The notes under the pieces: model-generated
Told to the model about the DNA's origin: nothing
The model's input: only the letters and a program-made list of their open reading frames with translations
Database searches by the model: none
Part shown: positions 38,604-49,538 of the stretch, in pieces
Numbering within the stretch: the first letter of the stretch is position 1
Layout of the letters: the number at the start of each line of letters is the position of its first letter
Source: an uncultured Pseudomonadales bacterium
Lineage (GTDB): Bacteria; Pseudomonadota; Gammaproteobacteria; Pseudomonadales; Pseudohongiellaceae
Direction of reading: 5' to 3'
Length of the DNA: 64,000 bases
Assembly (NCBI GenBank): GCA_963925675.1
Contig: CAWUSW010000034.1
Span: 2,895-66,894, forward strand
Program-made: the position numbers and the translations under genes

Positions 38604-39107
38604 TTAAGCTGGATCTTTCCGATCATCATCAGATTCATTTTGGTGTGATTCATCACCACTTGCTTGTGATTCATCACCACTTGCTTGTGACTCATCTGCC
38701 GCATTGTCCGTCGAATTTTCAGTAAAGCTGATATCAGAAAAAACGTCGTTAGTGGATTGTTGATCCTTTCTCGCTGCTGATTTTTGTGCACTACTGGAAT
38801 CGTTAAACTGATCATCCAGATTGTCGTCATCATCTACAATAAATGGCCAGGGCTTTTCGTCATTTACATACAGCAGATAATCCAGCGCGCTATGAAAATA
38901 GGCGGAAAGCCTGGCGCCGAATTCACGCAAATTCCTGTTATCCGTCCCGGTAATAAGCGCAATTATGACCTGACACACGATAATTATCGGAATGACAAAT
39001 AATAACACCCAGCAAGCCACTGCATAAAAAACCATATACAGTATGCGCACCCATTGCGAAGGGGAAAGTATATTCTTTTTTACTTCGTCTACTCTGTCAT
39101 CACTCAT
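38604..39107 (-). CDS. DUF4389-like membrane protein with acidic repeat tail
   Basis: Two TM helices (ILYMVFYAVACWVLLFVIPIIIVCQVIIALITG) and ...FGARLSAYFHSALDYLLYV...PWPF, followed by the tail DESQASGDESQASGDES. Confidence 0.5.
   Translation of the reverse strand: MSDDRVDEVKKNILSPSQWVRILYMVFYAVACWVLLFVIPIIIVCQVIIALITGTDNRNLREFGARLSAYFHSALDYLLYVNDEKPWPFIVDDDDNLDDQFNDSSSAQKSAARKDQQSTNDVFSDISFTENSTDNAADESQASGDESQASGDESHQNESDDDRKDPA
38646..38696 (-). repeat. 21-bp in-frame tandem repeat (2.4 copies)
   Basis: tgattcatcaccacttgcttg x2, then tgactcatc. Encodes (DESQASG)n in the tail of the DUF4389-like gene. Confidence 0.85.
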
Positions 39108-39140
39108 TGGAATTCCTCACGGCAACGCTTTTAGGAAAAT

Positions 39141-40169
39141 TCATTTTGTCTGCATCCTGCCGGCCGCAAACTCAACATCCAGTCCCTGCTCTTCCAGCAT
39201 TAAGGAGCTTATTATATGGTCAACGGTTTGATTGTTGTACATAATTTCATAAAGTCCATTCACCAGAGGCATCTTCACCCCCAATTCATCCGCTTTATCC
39301 TTCACCTGTTTCAGGGTATTAATGCCTTCAGCTACCTGATCCATCTCGCTGATTACCAGATCTATATCCTTACCTTCACCCAGGGCCTTGCCCACGCGAA
39401 AGTTTCTGGATAATGGCGAAGAACAAGTGACAATCAGATCGCCTACGCCGGACAAGCCCAAAAAGGTCATCGGATCGGCACCCAATTCAACACCAAAGCG
39501 AGCCATTTCAGTAAGACTTCGTGTCACCAGCATTGCGTTGGTGTTGTGCCCCATTCCCATGGCTTCAGCCAGGCCGGCAATAATCGCATATATATTCTTT
39601 AGCGATCCGCCAAGCTCCACTCCGAGCATATCCGCATTGGAATACACCCGGAAGTTGTCAGAATGCAAAACTTCCTGAACCGATTTGACGACCTCTGGGT
39701 CAATGCTGGCCACTACCGCACCGGTAGGACTGTTAACCGCAATTTCCTTGGCCAGGTTCGGGCCACTAAGAACTGCGATCTGCTTGTTATCGGTTTCCTC
39801 TGCGAGAATCTGGCTCATCAGGGCAAAGGTTTTAGCCTCTATTCCTTTTGTCAGGCTCACCAGTATGACGTCCTTGTGGATCAGAGGCTGCATCTGTTGT
39901 ACGACATTCCTGAAGCTACTGCTGGGGACTGCGACAAAGATCAGGTCAACATCTTTTACTGCTGCTTCCAGATCGTCAGTGGCCACCACATCCTCATGGA
40001 TTTTATAGCCGGGCAAATAATTAATGTTTTCATGTGATTTGTTAAGTGAAACCACCTGCTCCTTGTCCCGCATCCAGAGCAAGGTTTTATGGTTGTTATG
40101 GGCAATGATGTTGGCAACCACGGTTCCGAAACTACCGCCGCCGAGGACAGCTACATTTTTAACTGGCAT
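39141..40169 (-). CDS. gpsA: NAD(P)H-dependent glycerol-3-phosphate dehydrogenase
   Basis: VAVLGGGSFGT Rossmann motif, LSGPNLAKEI and GSLKNIYAI. 342 aa. Confidence 0.93.
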   Translation of the reverse strand: MPVKNVAVLGGGSFGTVVANIIAHNNHKTLLWMRDKEQVVSLNKSHENINYLPGYKIHEDVVATDDLEAAVKDVDLIFVAVPSSSFRNVVQQMQPLIHKDVILVSLTKGIEAKTFALMSQILAEETDNKQIAVLSGPNLAKEIAVNSPTGAVVASIDPEVVKSVQEVLHSDNFRVYSNADMLGVELGGSLKNIYAIIAGLAEAMGMGHNTNAMLVTRSLTEMARFGVELGADPMTFLGLSGVGDLIVTCSSPLSRNFRVGKALGEGKDIDLVISEMDQVAEGINTLKQVKDKADELGVKMPLVNGLYEIMYNNQTVDHIISSLMLEEQGLDVEFAAGRMQTK

Positions 40170-40393
40170 AAATTAGTCTCTGTTTGCTGTGCGATTTTTG
40201 CGTCACTTTTATTATTGTATTCCATGCGGCACAGCCAATGGGCACTGTCTGCAAATAGCCTGATTTTATGCGCGGAAAGATAACAGCTATACCCGGGCAA
40301 CTCCAGCACCAGCAAGACGCTTTACTTCAGAGCATTGATAGGCTCTGGGACATACTATAGAATCGCAGGCCTTCAGAAACGTGTGGTAATGTC

Positions 40394-41176
40394 ATGGACA
40401 ATGAGCTCTGGGCAACAATCAAAAAAGAGATCACTGAACTACTTTTACAAGAGCCTGATCTTGGTAATTATCTCAGCAAACGCATTCTCGCACATGAGGA
40501 TCTTGCCTCTGCCATAAGCGCCCTGTTATCCGGAAAACTTGCCGCCGAGGACATGCCGGCACAAACCCTGAAAGCGGTCTTTGATGAAGCCTTGCGTACT
40601 GACCTGTCAATAATTGAAACAACCACTAAAGATTTGCTCGCCATCAGAGAACGAGACCCGGCGGTAAAGTGCTACTCTACCGCTATCCTGTATTTCAAAG
40701 GGTTCCAGGCCTTGCAGGCTTACCGGGTTGGCCATTGGTTATGGCAACAGGATCGCAAGGGCATGGCGCTTTACCTGCAAAGTCGTATTTCCGAGATCTT
40801 TGGCGTAGACATACATCCTGCCGCCCGCATTGGTCACGGTATTCTTCTTGATCATGCTACCGGTATCGTTATTGGTGAGACCAGTGTACTGGAGGATAAT
40901 ATTTCTATTCTCCAGGGTGTGACGCTGGGGGGAACAGGGAAAGATTCAGGCGATCGTCACCCGAAAATAAAAGCCGGCGTACTCATTGGGGCCGGCTCCA
41001 ATGTATTGGGGAATGTCGTCGTTGGTGAAGGTGCCTGGATTGGTGCCGGCTCTGTGGTTCTGGAGGATGTCGAAGCTCACACCACTGTTGTGGGTGTCCC
41101 TGCCAAGGTAGTTGGCAGACCACGAGCTGATCAACCTGCCCTGGAAATGGAACACTATCTCAGCGACAAGAACTGA
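40394..41176 (+). CDS. cysE: serine O-acetyltransferase
   Basis: N-terminal SAT helical domain (LAIRERDPA..YFKGFQALQAYRVGHWLW) followed by hexapeptide repeats. Confidence 0.92.
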   Translation: MDNELWATIKKEITELLLQEPDLGNYLSKRILAHEDLASAISALLSGKLAAEDMPAQTLKAVFDEALRTDLSIIETTTKDLLAIRERDPAVKCYSTAILYFKGFQALQAYRVGHWLWQQDRKGMALYLQSRISEIFGVDIHPAARIGHGILLDHATGIVIGETSVLEDNISILQGVTLGGTGKDSGDRHPKIKAGVLIGAGSNVLGNVVVGEGAWIGAGSVVLEDVEAHTTVVGVPAKVVGRPRADQPALEMEHYLSDKN

Positions 41177-41178
41177 TT

Positions 41179-41922
41179 TTGAGCGAATCTGTCTTTGTCT
41201 TACTACACGGGGCCTGGCATTGTGCGTCCTGCTGGGATCCGCTAATCCCCTATCTGAATGCCATGAACCATGAAGTCTTGTGTCCGGATCTTCCCGGTCA
41301 CGGTGAAAATCAGGCTGAACCGGGCAAAATCACCCTGAATAAATACACTGAATATATAACACAATATATTGATAATATTGAGAAAAATGTAATTCTTGTG
41401 GGCCACAGCATGAGCGGTATGGTGATTTCCCAGGTTGCTGAAAGCACTCCCTCTAAAATTGGCCGATTAGTATATTTAAGCGCCTATCTCCCGGTTACCG
41501 GGCAAAGCCTGTTTGATCTGATTAGCGTAAACAGTGCTGCAGACAAGCCAGCACTAATAGAAAGTGCCATGCATATGTCGGAGGATAAACGAAGCTGCAC
41601 CATCGCCCCTGAGGACATAGCTCGCCTGTTCTACAACCGATGCCCGGAAAGTGAACGTAAACATATCCCGACTGCACTGCCGGTTCAGGCTACCCTGCCT
41701 TTATCAGGCAAAGTTACTTTGACACAGAGCCGTTTTGGGCAGATTCCAAAAACCTATATTTGTGCCCTGGATGACCAGGTAATTCCTGTCAATCACCAGC
41801 GCCACATGATGAAACAACAAGCCTGTGATGAAATGGTCCAGCTGGATACCGATCATAGCCCCTTCCTGTCCTCTCCCGAGCTACTGGCATCAATACTACA
41901 CTCCATCAGCATTCCTGCATGA
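41179..41922 (+). CDS. alpha/beta hydrolase (methylesterase/SABP2-like esterase family)
   Basis: VLLHGAWHCASCW, PDLPGHG and VGHSMSG nucleophile elbow. TTG start 2 nt after the cysE stop. Confidence 0.6.
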   Translation: MSESVFVLLHGAWHCASCWDPLIPYLNAMNHEVLCPDLPGHGENQAEPGKITLNKYTEYITQYIDNIEKNVILVGHSMSGMVISQVAESTPSKIGRLVYLSAYLPVTGQSLFDLISVNSAADKPALIESAMHMSEDKRSCTIAPEDIARLFYNRCPESERKHIPTALPVQATLPLSGKVTLTQSRFGQIPKTYICALDDQVIPVNHQRHMMKQQACDEMVQLDTDHSPFLSSPELLASILHSISIPA

Positions 41923-41997
41923 ATCTGCATTTCCCGACCAGGTAGTCATCTGCAAATCTACAAAAAAAACCGCTTTAAAACGGGCTTTTTACGGTTC

Positions 41998-43020
41998 CTA
42001 AACCAAACATTGATTACCAAGATAACCACCACCACCACAGTAAGTGATGTCCTGAAGCTGCATTAAAATGCCATCGGAGTCAGTGAAGTACACCTCAGGT
42101 GTGCCACCTTCAGCACCACCTCTAGCGGGCATACGCAGACTAATGTAATGCATCATCGGCCCTATCTGACTCTCACCACGGGCACTGAGACCGTAATCCG
42201 TCAGCTTGCCCAGAATATCGTCAACATTGAATCCGGACATATTAAAACTGGCATGGTGAATATTTGCCGGGGCATTCTCGCCACCAGGAAATGGACCTGC
42301 ATACATGACAAATTGCTTACCATCACCAATTCCGGTAACAGGTGACCCTGGACCTTGATATGACTGCACCTCAAGACCAAAAAAGTCCTGATAAAATAAA
42401 TTGGCACCGGCACCGTCATTGACGAAACAGGTGAAGTGATTAATTTCTTCCAGTGTGAAAATACCTGTTGCGGTGCTTTCCGGAACACCGCAAACATTGC
42501 CCAGAGGACCGCTACCGCCACACCAGGACGTATCGCTTAACTGGACAATTACGCCTCTGGCATCAGAAAAATATAATTCAGGCGTATCTCCACGTCGGGT
42601 TACCCAGGCAGACATCATGTTATCTATACCTGGAGTCGAATCTGCCGGAGGATCGATTTCCCGAAAACCATTATCCTTGAGTGCATTGAGCTGCGTGTCT
42701 ATATCAAAATCCTTTACCGAGTAACCCAGTTGTACAATTGCCGGAGTCTCTGAGCTCTGCAATGGACGTACCGCCATAAACTGTTTGTTATCCCCTATTT
42801 TCAGAAACACATGGTCGCCAGAACGTGACTGTACTGGCAGACCGAAAAGGTGCTGATAAAAAGCAATGGTTCTGCCAGGGTCACTTACCCGTAATTCAAG
42901 ATAATTCAGTTTTTCTACACTGATTGCCGCACCATCAGACTGCGCTTTAAGTCCAAGCGGCAAAACCATTGCGCCGCCTGCAGTCATAGAGCTTGCAAGA
43001 AACTTACGTCGATTTATCAT
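41998..43020 (-). CDS. Tat-exported tandem VOC (glyoxalase/bleomycin-resistance/dioxygenase fold) protein
   Basis: MINRRKFLASSMTAGGAMVLPLGLKAQS is a twin-arginine signal. It is followed by two homologous VOC halves (LNYLELRVSD..FYQHLFGL.. and INHFTCFVND..FYQDFFGL..). Confidence 0.65.
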   Translation of the reverse strand: MINRRKFLASSMTAGGAMVLPLGLKAQSDGAAISVEKLNYLELRVSDPGRTIAFYQHLFGLPVQSRSGDHVFLKIGDNKQFMAVRPLQSSETPAIVQLGYSVKDFDIDTQLNALKDNGFREIDPPADSTPGIDNMMSAWVTRRGDTPELYFSDARGVIVQLSDTSWCGGSGPLGNVCGVPESTATGIFTLEEINHFTCFVNDGAGANLFYQDFFGLEVQSYQGPGSPVTGIGDGKQFVMYAGPFPGGENAPANIHHASFNMSGFNVDDILGKLTDYGLSARGESQIGPMMHYISLRMPARGGAEGGTPEVYFTDSDGILMQLQDITYCGGGGYLGNQCLV

Positions 43021-43136
43021 AGAAATTGCCCTTTATTTTTACTTAATATTTCACGTTTATTGTTGTTTTGGCAAGGCAAAATTAATTCTTTTTAGAGACT
43101 AAACATTCTTTTAACAATTTTCGGGAGTCCCGTTTT

Positions 43137-43164
43137 AAGTATCATATGATACTTTATGTTGACA
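43137..43164. promoter_or_regulatory. 18-bp perfect palindrome abutting a consensus -35 hexamer
   Basis: AAGTATCATATGATACTT at 43137-43154, then tatg, then TTGACA at 43159-43164. A weak -10 (GAATTT) lies 17 bp downstream. In the divergent VOC / endostatin-like intergenic region. Confidence 0.5.
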
Positions 43165-43309
43165 ACAAAAATGCGCTGTGCGAATTTTTGCCAGGGACAA
43201 CATAGCTTTCAAGTCCTTGCACAGAGTTTTCTTATTCGTTAACTGCTTTATGCATTAGTATTGAACCATTGGCTAACTATCCCGGTTAGCAGACCAAGAG
43301 GGGAATAAT

Positions 43310-43960
43310 ATGAGATTAAAAAAACTAGTTATCGCAGGCGCTCTATTAGCCTGCACTTCTGTACCAGCAATAGCCCAGGGGGCTCAGGGTGACCAAGACA
43401 CCAGCATGAGTTTTTTCCTGACCAGTAGTGGCCTGGGTGATGGTGCAAATCTGGGCGGCCTTGCCGGTGCAGATGCGCATTGTGCAGCATTAGCAAACGA
43501 CGCAGGGGTGTCTGGAAAAACCTGGCGCGCTTATTTGAGCACTACAGGCCCTGATGGAGTCTATGCCCGCGACAGAATTGGCAGTGGTCCCTGGTTTAAC
43601 GCTAACGGAGAGCTTGTGGGTCGCAGTGTGATGGATATTCATTATTCAAATGCCAACCTGAACAAGCAACGAACTGTGACTGAAAATGGCGACACCGTAA
43701 ACGGTGTTGGAGACCAGCCTAATCAGCACGACATACTCACAGGCACAAATCCTGACGGAACATCATCTGGCCTGACCTGTAACAACTGGACCAGTAATAC
43801 TGATGCCTCAAGTGCAACGGTTGGTCACTTCGACAGAGTCGGCGGCGGTGCCATGGCAGAATCCTGGAACGCAGCGCATGTATCACGCGGATGCAGCCAG
43901 GAACAATTGCAGGCCTCTGGCGGAAATGGTTACTATTACTGCTTTGCTACTGGCGAGTAA
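43310..43960 (+). CDS. secreted endostatin/DUF1554-like (C-type-lectin-fold) protein
   Basis: Sec signal MRLKKLVIAGALLACTSVPAIAQG. The mature part aligns by eye with the collagen XVIII endostatin pattern (GADxxC..A...G..G.(W/F)RA(Y/F)LS ... G(T/S)(N/D)P(D/N)G....C..W ... C......C). GAGGGG RBS. Confidence 0.45.
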   Translation: MRLKKLVIAGALLACTSVPAIAQGAQGDQDTSMSFFLTSSGLGDGANLGGLAGADAHCAALANDAGVSGKTWRAYLSTTGPDGVYARDRIGSGPWFNANGELVGRSVMDIHYSNANLNKQRTVTENGDTVNGVGDQPNQHDILTGTNPDGTSSGLTCNNWTSNTDASSATVGHFDRVGGGAMAESWNAAHVSRGCSQEQLQASGGNGYYYCFATGE

Positions 43961-43991
43961 TTAGCCACCAGGCATTAATAAATAATTAAAT

Positions 43992-44032
43992 AAGGCGCCA
44001 GGTATCATTTTAAATGATCCGGCGCCTTTTTT
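43992..44032. terminator. bidirectional rho-independent terminator
   Basis: AAGGCGCC-(aggtatcattttaaatgatcc)-GGCGCCTT followed by TTTT. The inner arm gatcatt/aatgatc extends the stem. Sits between convergent genes. Confidence 0.8.
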
Positions 44033-44043
44033 ATTGGGCATGC

Positions 44044-45207
44044 TTAACGAGGAAGTATTGCCAGACGGTCGCCACTGTAGGTACCGACCCAAATTTCATC
44101 ATTTACCAGCAATGCCGAACTTACATCATGCAATGCGCTACCTTCGCTTACACCCCCTACTCTGTTGAGCGCCAGGTTGTAAGGTATTACTTCAATAACT
44201 GACCAACCTCCTTCACAACTCTCTTCACCACAACTTTCTCCGACATTGTTTCCGGCAACATACAAAGACCCTTCAGATGTCCAGCGTACATTATCCGGCA
44301 AAATACCAAGAGAAATGACTTCCTTCCCTACAGGGGTACTACTTCTGTCGAAGCGCACCAACTCTCCAGTGCCAAATGCTGCAACGAATATCCAGCGCTC
44401 ATCCAGAGACACGGCAATCCCATTGGGTCCGGCAAGTTCGGTACCAGCGACAATTGAAACGGCTTCACCGGGGTGCCATTCAAAAACATGGCCAGTGACT
44501 TCGCCGGCCAAAACATTCTCAATACTGTGCTGTGATGGATTATAAAACTGGGTAGCAAGAAAGCCTCCATCACTAAGAATAGTTACACTATTGGTCCATG
44601 ATGATTGAGGCATGGGAATGCATCCCACCCATTGTATGTTTGGCTTTAGAAAAGCATCAATTTCGAAAATTTCTATGGCTTCTCGCGCTCCATGACTGGT
44701 CATGTAGACACGATATGTTTCTGGCCCCTTGTCACTTTTTTGCAAAGACAGACCATGGGCTGAGAAGTTCGTTATATCAAGAGGACCAGGACAATCCGGG
44801 TACATCAGCAAATCATGCTGTAAAACTGCCGCATCATCAGGAAAAATGATTTCCGCAGTTTTTGCTTCAGCATCCACCAGATGAATTTTGCCGTTGACCG
44901 AACTACCGGTAAGACTGCCATCCATACCAGATACCAGCAGCCAGTTAGAGTTGCCAATTTGCAGGATATCTTCTCCATTGATAACGCCACAAAGATATTG
45001 AATCCCGGCCTCATCATCACAGTCTTGTCCTGTTGTATTAGTAACAATATTACCAAGCGGATTGCTCAAGGGGGCATTAGCAGAAACTGTTTCAGACACC
45101 TCAATATTTTGGCTGGAGGTATTACTTTCGCTGCAAGCCGTTAACAAGCTGGTGAGACCTAAAAAGATGAGCACCGATATTGTTTTTTTATTGGTATAGC
45201 AAGACAT
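44044..45207 (-). CDS. beta-propeller lipoprotein (SMP-30/paraoxonase/strictosidine-synthase-like)
   Basis: Lipobox LLTAC|S. Repeated blade-like segments. The C-terminal part (GPNGIAVS..RWIFVAAFGTGELVRF...LPDNVRW..GSLYVAG) resembles six-bladed lactonase/arylesterase propellers. Family assignment is tentative. Confidence 0.45.
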   Translation of the reverse strand: MSCYTNKKTISVLIFLGLTSLLTACSESNTSSQNIEVSETVSANAPLSNPLGNIVTNTTGQDCDDEAGIQYLCGVINGEDILQIGNSNWLLVSGMDGSLTGSSVNGKIHLVDAEAKTAEIIFPDDAAVLQHDLLMYPDCPGPLDITNFSAHGLSLQKSDKGPETYRVYMTSHGAREAIEIFEIDAFLKPNIQWVGCIPMPQSSWTNSVTILSDGGFLATQFYNPSQHSIENVLAGEVTGHVFEWHPGEAVSIVAGTELAGPNGIAVSLDERWIFVAAFGTGELVRFDRSSTPVGKEVISLGILPDNVRWTSEGSLYVAGNNVGESCGEESCEGGWSVIEVIPYNLALNRVGGVSEGSALHDVSSALLVNDEIWVGTYSGDRLAILPR

Positions 45208-45418
45208 GGCAACTCCTTTAGATAGCGAAAAAGAATAACACCTTGTACTGATTTCCAGTAATTCAAATTAATTCGTTTTAGTCAGGCTGCAATTCCAAAG
45301 CACTTAATACAGACTAATAATCGGATAATTAACGCGCTCTATTGTTGCGACATGCCTCTGACACCACAGATGCTTTGGTGTAAAATGCCCTCCTTTTGAA
45401 AATGAGCACATCCTGCAA

Positions 45419-47146
45419 ATGAACCTCAAGCAACAACTGGATTCAATAATCTCAGCCGGAATCTCCGAAACCGCCGGCATCGCCGACTGCCAGGCCCTGA
45501 TCAATTATGCCCGGGATGAAAAGTTTGGTGATTACCAGGCCAACGGCATAATGGGCGTTGCCAAACAACTGGGTAAGAATCCACGTGAATTTGGTGAGCA
45601 AGTTCTCGACACTCTGGACCTATCCGGAATTGCCGAGAAACTCGAGCTTGCAGGCCCGGGCTTTATTAACATACACCTTGCCAATGATTTTCTTTCCAGT
45701 GCATTGAACACCCTGATTACATCCGGCCAACTCATCCAGAATGCAGAGACCCTGCAGACAGTTGTGGTCGATTATTCATCGCCAAATCTTGCCAAGGAAA
45801 TGCATGTAGGCCATATGCGGGGGACCATTATTGGCGACTCCCTGGTAAGAATTTTTGAACATCTTGGGCATACCGTGATCCGACAAAACCACTTCGGTGA
45901 CTGGGGCACACAATTTGGTATGTTGATTACTCATATGCAGGATCTGCACAGTGCCGATACTTCTTTGAAAAATGAACTTGCTGACCTGGAAGTGTTTTAT
46001 CGCCAAGCCAAAGAACGCTTTGATTCAGATGCTGATTTCGCTAATGCCAGCCGCGAGAACGTGGTTAAGCTGCAGGCAGGTGACGCTGAATGTCTGGCGC
46101 TATGGCAAGACTTTATTAAAATTTCCATGGAGCATTGCGAAAAACTCTATGCCTTGCTTGGCATTACACTGAGTCCCGATGACATTCGCGCGGAAAGCTT
46201 TTACAACGACAAGCTGGCTCCGGTCATTGCAGATCTTGAAGCAAAGGCTTTGCTTACCGAATCTGATGGAGCTTCCTGCGTCTTTCTGGAAGAATTTACC
46301 AGCAAGGATGGCACGCCTCTTCCAGTCATAGTAAAAAAATCTGATGGCGGTTTTCTTTATGCCACAACAGATCTTGCCGCGATTCAGTATCGCAATGAAA
46401 CACTCCATGCTGATCGCGTCCTGTATGTCGTTGATGCTCGCCAGAGTTTGCATTTCCAACAGATTTTCAAAGTCGCTGAACTGGCAGATTATAAAAAACA
46501 ATCATGTTCTCTCGAACATCTCTCTTATGGCACCATGATGGGCAGTGACGGAAAACCCTTCAAAACCCGAAGTGGCGGCACAGTCAAACTACTTGATCTG
46601 GTCAATGAAGGGGTTACTCGAGCTCACTCGTTAGTTGCAGATAAAAACCCTGATATGCAGGACGCCGAAAAACAGGCTATTGCCGAAGTCGTGGGTATTG
46701 CCGCGATAAAATATTTTGAATTAAGCAAAAATAGAAACAGTGACTATGTGTTTGACTGGGACACCATGCTGTCCTTTGAAGGAAATACGGCACCTTACCT
46801 GCTTTACGCCTATGCCAGAATCCGTAGCATATTCAGAAAAGAAGAAGCTGCGAACATAGCCTCTTTTGACATCAGCGTCATTGAAAAAGAAGAAAAAGCC
46901 CTGGCCATCAAATTATTACAATTTACTGAAACTGTTGAACAAGTTGCCCAGGACTGTTTCCCCAATCAGCTCTGTCTGTATTTATATGAATTGGCAGGCA
47001 TATACATGCGATTTTATGAAGCATGTCCAGTCTTAAAAGCGCAAGAAACTGTTAAAAACTCACGGCTTGGTCTATGTCAGCTGACAGCGCTTACCATCAG
47101 AGAAGGACTGAATTTACTGGGTATTGATACTCTGGATAAGATGTAA
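45419..47146 (+). CDS. argS: arginine--tRNA ligase
   Basis: Class I HIGH-type SSPNLAKEMHVGHMRG, the ...GTMMGSDGKPFKTRSG region, and a DALR anticodon-binding domain at the C-terminus. 575 aa. Confidence 0.95.
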   Translation: MNLKQQLDSIISAGISETAGIADCQALINYARDEKFGDYQANGIMGVAKQLGKNPREFGEQVLDTLDLSGIAEKLELAGPGFINIHLANDFLSSALNTLITSGQLIQNAETLQTVVVDYSSPNLAKEMHVGHMRGTIIGDSLVRIFEHLGHTVIRQNHFGDWGTQFGMLITHMQDLHSADTSLKNELADLEVFYRQAKERFDSDADFANASRENVVKLQAGDAECLALWQDFIKISMEHCEKLYALLGITLSPDDIRAESFYNDKLAPVIADLEAKALLTESDGASCVFLEEFTSKDGTPLPVIVKKSDGGFLYATTDLAAIQYRNETLHADRVLYVVDARQSLHFQQIFKVAELADYKKQSCSLEHLSYGTMMGSDGKPFKTRSGGTVKLLDLVNEGVTRAHSLVADKNPDMQDAEKQAIAEVVGIAAIKYFELSKNRNSDYVFDWDTMLSFEGNTAPYLLYAYARIRSIFRKEEAANIASFDISVIEKEEKALAIKLLQFTETVEQVAQDCFPNQLCLYLYELAGIYMRFYEACPVLKAQETVKNSRLGLCQLTALTIREGLNLLGIDTLDKM

Positions 47147-47295
47147 GCCTGATAAGCTTTTCAGCCTATTCTCCCCTACTCTAGCTACTTGCATGTTGCT
47201 ATAATGCGCTCCGCAGAATATTGAGTCACTGGACTTAACATTTGGCCCCTAATTTAAGTCTTATTGTTTGCATCACATTTAAAATCATCAGGTAA

Positions 47296-49530
<2,235 letters not shown>

Positions 49531-49538
49531 TTAATTAT

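Noticed and set aside
41940-41997. Possible terminator (aaaaaaaaccgctttaaaacgggcttttt) after the esterase gene
   Set aside because: I could not draw a convincing stem. The arms are not complementary beyond 3-5 bp with a 21-nt loop.
41998-45207. The exported-protein trio as a horizontally acquired genomic island
   Set aside because: There is no integrase, transposase, tRNA or flanking direct repeats. Composition looks like the surrounding DNA by eye. I kept it only as a functional-linkage hypothesis.
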